Shown: positions 51,269 to 64,000 of the stretch, one piece after another | Position numbering within the stretch: the first letter of the stretch is position 1 | How the letters are laid out: every line of letters starts with the position of its first letter | Assembly (NCBI RefSeq): GCF_006345805.1 | Contig: NC_043004.1 | Coordinates: 3,038,001 to 3,102,000 of the forward strand | Source of the DNA: Octopus sinensis | Lineage: Eukaryota | Direction of reading: 5' to 3' | DNA length: 64,000 bases | Notes under the pieces: model-generated | Databases searched by the model: none | What the model was told of the DNA's origin: nothing | What the model saw: the letters and a program-made list of their open reading frames with translations, nothing else | Position numbers and translations under genes: made by a program

Positions 51269-52261
51269 TTTACACTTTTAAACAAGTTTCCCCATTGTAT
51301 TATTTGTAAAAATCCTTTTTAAAGCACACAAGAATCCAATAAGTGGCATGGTGGCTGAGTTTGGACAATTTTGACACAGAAGATGCCCCATTCCACATTA
51401 TTTTCCCATTTTTCTTAGGTATCTTTAATTCAACCAAATCCAACATGGAATAGATTTAAACAAGTGCCCTCTCTTCATGTGGACTCCAAAGATTTCTTCA
51501 GGTTCCATCTTCCTATGTGGCTTTGCTGAAATATTTTTCGCTCTTTCCTTCCACAATTCTTATTGTAGAAAGAATGATTGAGGATAACATGAAACGGACG
51601 TTTTCCCGATTTTAATCTTCTTTCTATTTGCTAATTTCTAGAAAATGTCATTCGCTAGAGATCTTTTGAATGTTCAAATTTGCTGGCAAATCCCTTCCCC
51701 TCAGACTTTGTATCAGGTAGAGTGATAACAGACAACAGACAGAAACGATCAATGTTGATGGACTTAAACAATGATATATCAGGTGTCTCGTTTCAAACGT
51801 TGTCTAGGATGTTTGTACGTGGAACCTAAACCTCCTTGCCGGACATGTATTCTTTGGAACTGAGGAGCATAAACTTAATACCATTATTTTGAGTGCTTTC
51901 AGAATTAGGATCTCACTGGGAAGCTATTAGTTTTCGTGGGATATTGTTCTGTGAGATCATTTTGGCTGTTAGATTATTGAAGTGTTTCCTGAATGTTAGA
52001 CTCATGTGATACATCGTTTGGTTCTATGTGAGATTTGTACGTATTGTCAGACAGTTACTGCCATTCAATGTTCAACAGTCACTGCATGCGCAGAAACACA
52101 TATACACTTACATAAAAATGTACACAGCGGCCAATGTAATTTTCATATTCCGTTGAAAGAACCTTGCTACAGTTCCTTTTGCATTGGTGAGAAATCGGAA
52201 ACACGAAGCCACAAATATGCATGCATGCGTGCATACATACATACATACATACATACATACA

Positions 52262-52292
<31 letters not shown>

Positions 52293-52710
52293 TTGCATGC
52301 ATAGACCATGATATATTAAAAAACAATCTTTTTCTTCAGATTCCAAATATGACTGGCAAGAGTTGTATCATTTATTTTCTCGAAGTTTTCCAATATAGTA
52401 TTTTGTTAATAGAATCTAGGTTTGAATGAATTTAATGTTAAGCCCTTCTAATCAATGCACTCGGATTCAGGTAAAATGCATCAATTAAAGAGTAAACAAC
52501 GTATATTTCTCAGGTTATTCGCCATTAACAGCACAAGAATCTGACGATAAAGATTTGGTAAAAATCACTTAATGCTGAGTAACTTAAAAGAAGACATCTT
52601 TTCCAATTTGCGTCCAGTGTAAAATTATACCGTACAAGTTCTAGGAATTAGAAAATTACTACTTTTAAATCTCACAACGTGAGATATTCCACAAAAGTAC
52701 TTTGTAGTAA

Positions 52711-53070
52711 AGATTGTTTGCCAACATAACATGGCAGTCCTGGTTTAGGACAAATGTTGCTGTAATTTAGCCCCAGGAGACATCGGCTCCAGCTGTATAA
52801 TTCAGTGACTTTGAAAACTATATATTTCGAACGGAAATTTGACAGCGCCACCTCTAGCGGAACAATTATTATGTGCTGAAGAAAAATAACCTGGAAATCG
52901 CGATACACAGATATTGTTTCGAGCTGAGTTGGGGTGCTAGATTCCTTTGTTCGAAAATATAAGGACACAGATCATGTTGTATAGCCAGCTGGAGACTATG
53001 TCTCCTGGGGCTAAATTACAGCAACATTTGTCCTAAACCAGGATTGCCATGTTATGTTGGCAAACAATCT
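52711..53070. mobile_element. Element with 85-bp inverted repeats (82/85 identical)
   Basis: Arms 52711-52795 and 52986-53070; 190-bp spacer. Confidence 0.8.
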
Positions 53071-53494
53071 ACAAGTTCTAGAAATGTTTTCCCAAATAGA
53101 AGAAATAATATTAATTATATAAACGCGTGTGTATACAGACACGTGATGTCGGTTGATAGGGACAGAGTCAGACGCAGACATCGGCACCAGTACTATGTGA
53201 ATATTGTCGTATCATCGAATTCGTATCATATTCTTACAATGGAACATACGCAACGTTATCTTTATATAAATCACACGTACACAATTACACACATTGTATG
53301 TGATAAGTTAACATTACGCCTTCTTAAATATACATACTATCACCACACACACACACATACACACAAACACACATACACTTTAATTTATGAAAACACTGTC
53401 AGTTATAGAATATCACATAATCAATGTTATACAGTCATAACGAACTCTAGAATATTAACACATTCATTTAAATGTGTTTCATCTCAAAGAATAT

Positions 53495-53712
53495 TCTTTT
53501 CTACTCTAGGCACAAGGCCTGCAATTTTTTTTTTTGGGGGGGGGGGCAGTCGATTAGATCCACCCCAGTACGCAACTGGTACTTAACTTAGCGACCCCAA
53601 ATGGATGAAAGGCAAAGTCGACCGCGACAGAATTTGAACTCAGAACAAAGACAGACGAAATACTGCTGAGCATTTCGCTCAGCGTTCTAACCTTTCTACC
53701 AGCTCACCGCCT
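53495..53712 (-). mobile_element. SINE family A
   Basis: Reverse-oriented head, core and tail; plus-strand fragment follows at 53808-53915. Confidence 0.88.
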
Positions 53713-53733
53713 TGCTCATAAAGACTCAAATGG

Positions 53734-53764
<31 letters not shown>

Positions 53765-54125
53765 TTCCATTGTACTCCTACAAACTTAGGCACAATATGA
53801 TACACTTTGAAATAAGTATCAGTTACGCGCTAGGGTCGATGTAATCGACTTAATCCCTATTGTCTGTCCTTGTTTGTCCCCTCTATGTTTAGCTGCTTGT
53901 GGGCAATAAAGAAATATAAATAGATACACATACACACATACACACACATACACACACATACATACACGCATACGTATATAGAAGAATAAATTCATGTATG
54001 TGTATCTATATATATACATATATATGCGTACGTAAATAAATGTGTATGTATATATATATATATATATATATACACCTGTATATGTATATATGTGTGTATA
54101 CATACATACATACATACATACATAC

Positions 54126-54762
54126 AATCTCCAGGAACAAGAGACACAGTGATGCTCTTGTAATCCCAAGGTGCAACTGCATGTGTAGTTTATTTCAGGT
54201 TTCTGTGAAAGACATCACTCATGTGATAAGCACCTGTCCTAAAATGTCGTCACGGTACTACCACCCTATGCGGAACGATACTGTTGGTAAAACTATTCGC
54301 AATGCCATCTGCAGAAAAGACGACTGTCCAGAAATAATCTTAGAAAATCCCTCTGTTCATAAACACCAACTCAAGGAATACTGGTGGAATATTCCCATCA
54401 AAACTTCTACTAAATGTAAACATAACAGGCCGGATTATTATTGTTGTTTAGGACAGAGGGGCAAAGGTATGTACCGTCATAGAGGGCAGCTGCCCAGCAG
54501 TTATAAATATCTCTGAAAATCAAAGTAAAGTAGGGTATCTATGCACAACTGTTTCGAAAACTCCAGCTTCTAGATCCAAAATAGGAATTCATATTCATAC
54601 GAATAATAATTGGAGCACAAGGGCTATCTGCATGTGGAACATTAAAAATATGCACGATTTTTCTCAAGTAAAAATGTGAATTTGATGGCGCCTTGTATCT
54701 TTGTTGAAAACCAGCTACCCCCACCCCAGTGGAAGATTTATAATAATCAGAAAATAGAAGAG
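54126..54762 (+). mobile_element. RLE non-LTR element (zinc knuckle plus endonuclease) embedded in (TACA)n
   Basis: C..L..KDITHVISTCPK; EYWWNIPIKTSTKCKHNRPD; frameshift IVV*DRGAKVCTVIEGSCP; IIIGAQG; (CATA)n on both sides. Confidence 0.88.
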
Positions 54763-55167
54763 ACATACATACATATATACATACATACATACATACATAC
54801 ATACATACATACATACATACATACATACATACATACATACATACATACATACATACATACATACATGCAAATAGAATCAGGCATGATTAAGTAATTAAGA
54901 AGTTCACAACCGTTCAACCAACTTCCTTTACCGTTTTTATCACATACGAGATGTGAATATACAAACCCGTCTGACAGTGTGGTTTGGCGATTGAAAGGTC
55001 CAGTTTTTTTTTTATCCCTCTGTGACTATGATTCTGCTTACGTGTTTCTCTAAGCTACAGGTGTCTGAGGACGGACTCAGTGTCTTTGAATTGGAAATTC
55101 AGGGAGCAAGACCCCTTGTTTAGCGAAGAACATGCTTTTCATACGTCATAATCGCCAATGTAGTCCA

Positions 55168-55231
<64 letters not shown>

Positions 55232-55282
55232 TCGTTTAGTGTTAACAGTCAGAAAAAGAGTACACAATATCACAGTAGAGGC

Positions 55283-55470
55283 ACATACTATAGGCACAAT
55301 TTTGAGAGGCAGGATAGTGGAAAACATCGTCCCTGGTGCTCAAATGATACTTAAATTATCGGGCCCGAAAGGATGAAAGGTATACGGCCCTCGGTGGAAT
55401 TTGAACTCACAACATAAAGATGAACGAAACACAGATGGGTATTTTGTCCAGCGTGTAAAGATTTCTGCCA
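55283..55470 (-). mobile_element. SINE family A, diverged
   Basis: ccgaaaggatgaaagg..ggaatttgaactc. Confidence 0.75.
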
Positions 55471-55758
55471 GGTAGTAAAGATTTAAATAAGATATTTTAT
55501 TTTAGTCGAGTTAGTCTCTTGCTACTCCGAGTTTCACATGAAGCTGCATCGGATATTCAGGCAAGTTATGACTCTCGTAGTTAAAATATTATATGCCTGC
55601 GCATAACTGTGTGTATTTGTTTGTGTGTGTGTTTGTATGTATGTGTGTGTGTGCGCGTGTGTGTGTATGTGTGTGTGTGTGTGTGCAAGTCTATACATAT
55701 TTGATGATATATCAATATAAATATATATATGTATATATAAATATATGCACATATATAA

Positions 55759-56175
55759 GCGCAGGCATGGCTGTGTAGTAACAAGCTTGCTTCCCAACCA
55801 TATGATTCCGAGTTCAGTCCCGTTGCGTGGTGTCTTCTACTATAGCCTCGAGCCGACTAAAGCCTTGTGAGTGGACTTTGTAGACGGAAACTGAAAGAAG
55901 CCCGTCGGTTATATATATATATATACGACGGACTTCTGTGTGTGTGTGTGTGTATGTGTGTGTGTGCGTCTGTGTTTGTGTGTCTGTGTTTGTCCTCCCA
56001 TCACCGCTTCACAACAGATGTTGGTGTGTTTACGTCCCCGTAACTTAGCGGTTCGGAAAAGGAACCGATAGGATAAGTACTAAGCTCACACAAAATAAGT
56101 CCTGGAGTCGATTTGTTCGACTAAATGCGGTGCTCCAGCACGGCCGCTGTCAAATGACTGAAACAAATAAAAGAA
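55759..56175 (+). mobile_element. SINE family B, full length
   Basis: gcgcaggcatggctgtgtagtaac head to gcggtgctccagcacggccgc tail. Confidence 0.92.
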
Positions 56176-56416
56176 AAGACATATACATACATATATATAT
56201 ACATATCTCGTTTTAGGATTTGGTTTGCAAGATACTTTATATGAGTTCGTGTGTTGAAGCATATTCTTTTTGTGCTGTAACACACTCTCCGGTAAAATTT
56301 CCACGTTTTTTCTTATTTTTTATTTTCCTAAAATTTTAGTTGCGTCTTGCAACCTTTTCAATAGTCTTGACAACTGTATATACACATAGATAAATAGATA
56401 AATATACATGCACACT

Positions 56417-56454
<38 letters not shown>

Positions 56455-56675
56455 CATATAACAATACAGATATATATATTTACACACGTATTAGGACATA
56501 ATACAAGTGATCCTAATAATTCTTCAAGACAATTTAACCCTGGTCGTTTTTAGCAACTCCGAGTTAGGTTAGACGAAACATGCACAAGCTACCGTACCCC
56601 GGAATTGAACACCGGACTACATCATTGGTATGCGAATTTCCTTCTTAACCGTTCGTTGAGATCTGAACATCGTTA

Positions 56676-57057
56676 TCTCTCTATATATAAAGCTGTGAAT
56701 AGCAGGTTTGGTAGTCTTCAACTAACACTATCTCCTCCAAGACCCTGCGGCACAAGTTGACCAAAATTGAGGGTATGATAGACGAAGGCTTGCTCTTCAT
56801 TCCATAGAAGATAAAATTCAAAGCGGACCATGTTAACACCAAAAATTATTTACATCAAAAAGGTGCTTTTTTTCTATCAAGATCCCTATTGTTTACGATT
56901 TTGTGATTGCTGTGTCGCCATTTTTCGGTGTGTTTCAACCAGGAAAATGTTCACTTAAAGAGAATAACAAGTTGCATAATCCAAAAGTTTTACTTTTCAA
57001 AAATTCCAATTCTAAAGGGTCGAAACAAACCCGAGCAACGCCGGGTGATACTGCTAG
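56676..57057 (+). mobile_element. Non-autonomous Helitron
   Basis: A|TCTCTCTATATATAAAG 5' end; CCCGAGCAACGCCGGG hairpin 57030-45; CTAG|T at 57054-58. Confidence 0.88.
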
Positions 57058-57589
57058 TTTATTTTAATGTATGACAGGAGACGGGCACATATTGGCACCT
57101 TCTTACCATGCCATATAGGTATGATTATATACACACAACCACCCAAATACACACTAATGGAAACACAGACACATACACAATACACTGTGTACAACACACA
57201 CATATAAGCATCCTTCACTTGAGCCCCAAATACTCACGCACACACACAGATACGCAAATCTCTGACGACAATGTCGAACACACGGACATACAAAAAAAAT
57301 CGATATAGGTACGCACACGCACATATAGATCAATATAAAACGCGTTGTGCTATACACATATATACACACACCTTCTGAATGGCATTGTCAGTTTTACAAT
57401 AGCTGATATAACTAGGTCCTGCCAACCACACACACACACTCATGCATACGCACACACACGTGCGTGCGCGTAGGAACATGCTCTCCTCCTCCCCTTCATC
57501 TCCTTTTTCATTCTTTCTAATTCTTTCTCTCTACTCACTCTCTCTAATTCCCTTTCTGCACTACTCTCACTTATTCTCTTTCTCACTCA

Positions 57590-57629
<40 letters not shown>

Positions 57630-58124
57630 TACACACATACACACAAACGCACTGACCTTATAATATACACACATACATGCAATATACACAGTCTCACACA
57701 CATGCATACAACCACATGATCATACGACTGTCAGTTGCTACAGTAACCACTCAAAACCTACGGTGTCATACACGCACATATGCATACACATACATGCTTA
57801 CACATACACACGCACTGCCATAATACGTACATATGTGTATGCATACATGCACACATATATACATACATACATACATATATACATACATACATACATGCAT
57901 GTATGCATACAGATTTAAATACATGCATACATACTTACATGCATAAACACATATATGCATGGATTGATACTTACATACACACATGCGTAGATACATATAT
58001 ACATAAATACATATATATACACACACATGCATACATACATACATAGATACACACACATACATACGTAGATACATACATGCATGCATACATACACACACAT
58101 AGAAACATATATACATATATACAG

Positions 58125-58400
58125 GTGCAAGCGTGGCTTTGTGGTAAGAATCTTGCTTCCCAACCACAGGACTCCGGGTTCAACTTCCACGGCAACTCTG
58201 ACTACTGGAAATCGGGGCCTCTTAGTTTAAATACATTAAAGAATTCCTCTACATGATGGGCTTCTTTCAGTTTCCGCTTACAAGCTCCACTCAGGGCTTT
58301 GGTCGGCCCAAAGCTATAGTACAACAACTCTTGCCTTAGGTGCCACGAAGTGGGACTGAACAGGAGACCATGTGGTTTCGAAATAAACTTCTTACCGCAC
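58125..58400. mobile_element. Two opposed SINE family B heads
   Basis: Plus head 58125-58200; minus 5' half 58255-58400. Confidence 0.75.
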
Positions 58401-58921
58401 AATCGGGACGCAAACTCCTTCTGTTAAATATGTTTCAGGAATATTTATATTTGTCCATCCGGAATACGTTCCCTCACTAGCAGCACTCATTAGAGACTTA
58501 AAACACACACACACACACACAAACAAACACACACACACACACACACAAACACACACAAACACACACACAGATGTCGCAACGTTCACAGACAAAAGGTGGA
58601 CTTGTGCAGTTGCTGCATGGTATCCAAGAAAACAGAAAAGCTCAATTGAAAGGCCTCCATGACAATGGGAAGACGATTTAGTAAGGAAATATGGGTCAAG
58701 ATAGAAAAAAAAATGGCGTAATCAAGAAAACAAGGGAACAAGAAATTATTGGATAAATTTCTGTTCAGTGCTTACGCATCACTTTATAGCTTTGTCTTTG
58801 CTTATACAAATATATATATACATATGTATATAGGGAGAGTTTACGAAAAAACAAACGACGAAGACAGGTGGTGTACAAAACAAACAGATGTATTAGTATA
58901 ACGCTCAGGAATAGAAAAAGT

Positions 58922-58957
58922 CTTTAACGTTTCGAGCCTACGCTCTTCTACAGAAAG
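58922..58957 (-). ncRNA. Hammerhead-like motif family 2 (CUGUAGA core), best copy
   Basis: CUUU-CUGUAGA-A-GAGC guag GCUC-GAAA-CG-UU-AAAG; perfect helix I and II; repeat 58832-59012. Confidence 0.75.
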
Positions 58958-59065
58958 GAACACAGAAATAACAAGGAGAGAAAAATGTGTGTAGTGGCTA
59001 ACGATCTATCATACGTACATACATATACATATATATATGCATATGTATATATACATATATATATG

Positions 59066-59121
<56 letters not shown>

Positions 59122-59145
59122 TGTATGTATTTATATGTATGTATG

Positions 59146-59177
<32 letters not shown>

Positions 59178-59496
59178 TGTATGTATGTATGTTATGTATG
59201 TATGTATTATGTATGTATGTATGTGTGGTACATAAAAAAGTGTGTGTTATTGCCTCGGAGATACTTATGCTAGTTGAAATGGCATTAGCTTCTATTTTTA
59301 ATTTCGGTATTTTGCGAAGCAATTAGCTGACCCTTGATTGTAATTATATTTATGTATATAATTATACAATATTTTGTATGATTCACCTGTAAAGGTTATT
59401 TTAACGTACTGACTACTTGGCAAAATTATTAATTATTAATAATTAATCAATTAATAATTAATCAATTCTAGCCTATATTATCATTATATGTGTACG

Positions 59497-59529
<33 letters not shown>

Positions 59530-59564
59530 GCATATATATATATATGTAAATTATGCATATATAT

Positions 59565-59599
<35 letters not shown>

Positions 59600-59609
<10 letters not shown>

Positions 59610-59938
59610 TATTAGAGACAAAACCACTATTTTGCAAAACAAACAAGGAAAGACTTAATCAATACATAAAATTTTAATAAATAGTCAAAAAAACCGCCAC
59701 TACCAATCGTTTCTTGTCTTGATCGACAATCTTCAGGTGGACTTCCAATAAGTCAGTTTCAAATTATGACTTCATAATTTGAAACTGACTTATTGGAAGT
59801 CCACCTGAGATTGTCGATCAGACAAGAAACGATTGTAGTGGCGGTTTTTTTGACTATTTATTAAAATTTTATGTATTGATTAAGTCTTTCCTTGTTTGTT
59901 TTGCAAAATAGTGGTTTTGTCTCTAATAATATTTTATA
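59600..59938. repeat. Near-perfect 339-bp palindrome containing two inverted HHR motifs
   Basis: Arms 59600-59769 and 59772-59938, spacer CT, three 1-nt indels; HHRs at 59697-59740 (-) and 59801-59841 (+). Confidence 0.95.
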
Positions 59939-60038
59939 ATATTTTACTATAAAATTGGATTTAATCCTAAATCTGATTTTTTTCCCTGTAAATTTGGATT
60001 TATTCCCTGTAAATTTGGATTTATTCCCTAATATTTAT

Positions 60039-60078
<40 letters not shown>

Positions 60079-60150
60079 GCGCATATATGTATATGTAAAA
60101 TATGCATATATATATATATACATATATACGTATATATATATATATATATA

Positions 60151-60572
60151 TTAGTTATCGCCATACTAATATGGCATTCTTATAAAAATAAGAATAAAGC
60201 TGACCGCTTATTAGCTCCATGAGGCCATCGCCTTAAGTTAGCTATTTGATACACAAACTGTATCCATATAACCTTTGAACAAGGGAGGTCAGTCGCTCCA
60301 CACTACTTGACCGGCAGCTACAGACGCGTTTCGGGGTAGTGCCCCTTTTCAATGCAGCGTAGCCAAACCAGTAGGTGTCGCTTCCGACAATCTCTGTTCA
60401 AAGGTTTTATTTACCTAGCTTCGGTGGAATACATCCACTTGTTTTCAATAATAGAAATATTAAAATTACTAAGTCTCTCTAAAAGAGAACAACGGCAGCG
60501 TTCCCGGAAAATATTAGTTATCGCCACACTAATATGGCATTCTTATAAAAATAAGAATAAAGCTGACCGCTT
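60151..60572 (-). mobile_element. Retrozyme-like unit: 363-bp monomer plus 59-bp terminal direct repeat
   Basis: ttagttatcgcca(t/c)actaatatggc..gctgaccgctt at 60151-60209 and 60514-60572; internal HHR. Confidence 0.75.
60317..60358 (-). ncRNA. Type I hammerhead ribozyme, U3-A8 core variant
   Basis: GCUGCA-UUGAAAA-GGGG cacua CCCC-GAAA-CGCG-UC-UGUAGC; 6-bp helix I, palindromic ACGCGU. Confidence 0.8.
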
Positions 60573-60707
60573 TTTACAATTTGTATATATTTATTTTATT
60601 ATAAATGCAAACCAACACCAAGAAGGAATCGACGTAAGCTTAAATAATAATCCACGATAGGTGAACCGCGATATGGCGAAGGATTGTTGTATGTGTGTGT
60701 GTGTATC

Positions 60708-60747
<40 letters not shown>

Positions 60748-61079
60748 TATATATATATATATATTATATATATACATACACACGCGCACACACGCACACA
60801 CCACGCTCGCACACACGTATAATATATATATATATAATATATATATATAATATATATATATGCATGTGGCTGGATGGGTCTGTATACGACGGACTTCTTT
60901 TGTGCCCATTAAATCTCACTCAGAGGTTTTGATCAACCAGAGGATATGACAGTATACAGCCGTCCAGCATGACACTCGCATCGAACCCGCAACCATACGT
61001 TTGCGGAGCAGATTTCTTGACGATACAGCTATGTCTAAGTTATTCTACTATTTATTTACACGGAATGCAATATGGCGAA

Positions 61080-62700
61080 TCTCGCCGTTAGCAGAAAACT
61101 TCAAATTTATTGTCGTTGACCAAAGGAAACTCAGACTTACTTACCACGGGAAATTGGCAAGACTTGTTTTTCCATAATACTTAGACTTAGGCGCCAGGAC
61201 AGCGTTTCCCTTTGCTTTTAAAAAATGGTGTTTTGGAAACTTTTTCTTTTGTATGATGAGAAAGACAGACTCGTGATGACAGCTTTGCTGACGTCGATGG
61301 TTATTAGAATGATGCTTCTAAGAGTCCTTTTGTTGGAAAAGTTGTATAATTTCTACGTTTGATTTGTGTATAGTGTGGTGAGGATTTGTACTAAATACCT
61401 GGAATAGAGCGGATGTTAAGGAGGAGTAATTTGATGTCATGGATAAGGTTCTCTGGAATTATTTAGATCACTAGTTCTCAACCGGGGTCCACGTAAGTAG
61501 TTGTTAAAATTCATATCCAATAAATTTGTTCATTCGTCTACAATATACAAAATATTTTGACTTTTTTTAAATAAAATTCCATATATTTAACTATAAAAAT
61601 CTAATAGGCTTTTTAAAAACATCCTATGGCTGTGAACGTCCAGTAGAGCATAATAGGAATGAAAGGTGTCCATTGGTGAAAAGGTGGAAGATAACCGCTG
61701 ATTTAGAATGTTCAGGATAGGGCATTGGGGGTCTGTACTTCTTTTGGCATGTGGAACTGTTTTATTTATTCTTCAGCTTTCGTATCCTCGGAATTTGGTT
61801 TTGCTGGTATGAGTGGTTGAAGAATTTGGTGGGTAGAGTGATTCCTTCAAGACCGAAATTATTTTTAGTCATATAACTGGGAGTCTGCCACACCTTCAAG
61901 CATTTTAAGATTTTATATTTTTTCATTGATTTTGGTATTTCATTGCTGGAAGTGGTGGGGCGGCGAAATCGTGGCCGTTGCCCTAGTAAAAGGCAGTTAT
62001 TTATCCGTTTTGTGTTTACTGCCTTCTTTTATGGCTGTCGGTGGGTTTTTTTCAGCCATATCCGTTGATAGGGGTCTTTGATTTATTGATATATGTAGAC
62101 ATATTATTTCTCATTGTTCTTGTGACATGAAATTTGGTTTGACCATTGTTGTTGTTGTTGATGCTAATTACTCTCGACACTATTTTATTCTTTGTTCTTT
62201 TCTTTATGTTCCATACAAATTCTTGCCAGTTTTCGTTTTTGTTCTTTACCTTACTGCTTTTTTTTTTTTTTGTTGTTATTTCTTCGCGTAGTTGTTTGAT
62301 GCCGAGTTTTTTTTATTTTGATTGTTTGTAGTAATGTGTTTGAGGTTGTCACTGGTTTTTATGAGGTTGGCTATTTTTGGTATGTAATTGGGGCCGTATG
62401 TTTTATGTTGGATGTGTTTTACATAAGCCTTTATAATTATTTAAATGAACTGCAAGGTCTCTGTTTGTGATGGTGACTGTGCTGAATTCTGAAAGCATTC
62501 ATACTGTTTCTTGGCGAAAGAAGTTGCTATGTACTTTGGTGAAGTTTGCAAAAGTACACTTTCCGCCCTCATTCACATATGAATGCGAGTGTCTATCATG
62601 AAAATTAGTATGAGGGCCAAGATTAGTGTTTGTGGTATCTAGATGTGCGGAGCAGAAGGTGAGAACTAACTATGAAAGAACGTTGCAATTGACTTAGAGA
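61080..62700 (-). mobile_element. Highly decayed Penelope-like element, N-terminal region
   Basis: KAKGNAVLAPKSKYYGK..LVNDNKFEV at ~61100-61230 resembles the PLE ADKGN..Y..K..L.D..KF motif; extent upstream is a guess. Confidence 0.45.
61469..61700 (+). mobile_element. hAT MITE, same family as 27451-28133
   Basis: cactagttctcaaccgggg / gataaccgctg ends; TSD atttagat / atttagaa (7/8). Confidence 0.8.
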
Positions 62701-62857
62701 GAACTGTATGTTGTGTGTGTTGGCGTGAATTGCCCAGGATATAAAGGGAGCCTGGTTGTGGCATTATCGGTTTATGATGATGACTGTGGCATATATATTT
62801 ATATATGTTAATTAATGTACATCCTGTATACGTACAATATATTTATTATATAACGTA

Positions 62858-63235
62858 CTCGCATGGCTCAGTGGTTAGAGCGTCAGGCTGACAATCATGA
62901 GGTTGTGAGGGATGTGTGTTGTGCTCTTGAACAAGATACTTTATTTCATGTTACTCAAATTCACTCAGCTGTAGAAATGAGTTGCAATGTGACTGATACC
63001 AAGCTGTATCGACCCCTTTGCCTTTCCCTTGGATAACATCGGAGGCGTGGAGAGGGGTGTCTGGTATGCATGGGTGACTGCTGGTCTTGCATAAACAACC
63101 TTGCTCAGACTTGTGCCTTGGAGGGAAACTGTCTGGGTGCAATCTACGGATCTCTTTTGCCGAACTGTTATGTTACGGGGAAGCTGTCTGGGTGCAATCC
63201 CCTGATCCTTTATGACCGAAGGGGGTACTCTAATA
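62858..63235 (+). mobile_element. tRNA-derived SINE (further family)
   Basis: tggctcagtggttagagcg A-box; tail with duplicated ctgtctgggtgcaatc and atgaccgaaggggg. Confidence 0.75.
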
Positions 63236-63558
63236 CATGCACATTGTATTAATGTACGTGTTGATGCAGGTGAAATCCTGCATTTCTACCGTAGTGTAGT
63301 TTAACGTTTACAAATGCCATGTTTGATATCTGTGTAAATGAATACATGTTTTTATGTCCGTTATAAAAGCAACGCCGCTGTAACAGTGTTGCCGATCCAG
63401 TCTCATTTATGGTTTATTTGGGATAATGGATGTTCGATGTTGTGGTAGTAAGTACAGCAATCCGTCGCCATATCGCGGTTCACCTATCGCGGTTTATTAT
63501 TTAAGCTTACGTCGATACCTCTGTGGTGTTGTTTTGCATTTATAATAAAATAAATATA

Positions 63559-63960
63559 TAGGCGCAGCAGTGGCTGTGTAGTAAGTAGCTTACTTACCAA
63601 CCACGTGGCTTCGATTTCAGTCACACTCTGTGGCACCTTGGGCAAATGTCTTCTACTACAGCCTCGAGCTGACCAAAGCCTTGTGAGTGGATTTGGTAGA
63701 CGAAATTGAAAGAAGCCTGTCGTTTATATAGAGAGATATATGTGTGTGTTTTTGTCCCCCCACCATCGCTTGACAACCGATGTTGGCGTGTTTACGTCCC
63801 CGTAACTTAGCGGTTCTGTAAAAGATACCCATAGAATAAGTACTAGGCTTACAAAGAATAAGTCCTGCAGTTGATTTGTTCGACTAAAGGCGAGGTTCCA
63901 GCATGACCGCAGTCAGATGACTGAAACTAATAATAGAATAAAAGAAAAGAATAAAAGAAT
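63559..63960 (+). mobile_element. SINE family B, full length
   Basis: ggcgcagcagtggctgtgtagtaag head, ggcaccttgggcaaatgtc CORE-like segment, tail. Confidence 0.92.
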
Positions 63961-64000
63961 ATACAAATTATAAAAATAATACAAAAAATACACAGTACAG

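Noticed and set aside
51290-52000. Possible L1/Tx1-type LINE remnant on the minus strand
   Set aside because: No diagnostic motif could be read with confidence
55045-55150. Possible small exon after ctacag
   Set aside because: No clear donor or recognisable peptide; in-frame stop in the obvious frame

Overview
Repeat-saturated, AT-rich eukaryotic DNA. It is most likely octopus, judged from my recall of the SINE families and the microsatellite load; this was not verified by a search. One 100-N assembly gap lies at 29955-30054. No host protein-coding gene can be supported, and nearly all ORF-track entries are translations of microsatellites. The window holds two abundant tRNA-derived SINE families and decayed DNA transposons: mariner/Tc1 pseudogenes and MITEs, hAT MITEs with 8-bp target-site duplications (TSDs), and non-autonomous Helitrons. 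LINE remnants include RTE, CR1/L2-group, and restriction-like-endonuclease (RLE) elements sitting in (TAA)n or (TACA)n tracts. There are three Penelope-like element (PLE) coding remnants. The main unexpected signal is about 17 minimal type I hammerhead ribozyme (HHR) motifs, read by eye, in at least 8 short non-coding repeat families mostly embedded in (TA)n. These include a retrozyme-like 363-bp unit with a compensated U3-A8 core, a family with a shared CUGUAGA core, a tRNA-headed element with an HHR tail, and a 339-bp palindrome carrying two oppositely oriented HHRs. A fold-back MITE built from two mariner 3' ends and a ~560-bp non-coding element arrayed head-to-tail in (TTA)n also stand out. 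Motif coordinates were counted by hand; element boundaries are approximate.
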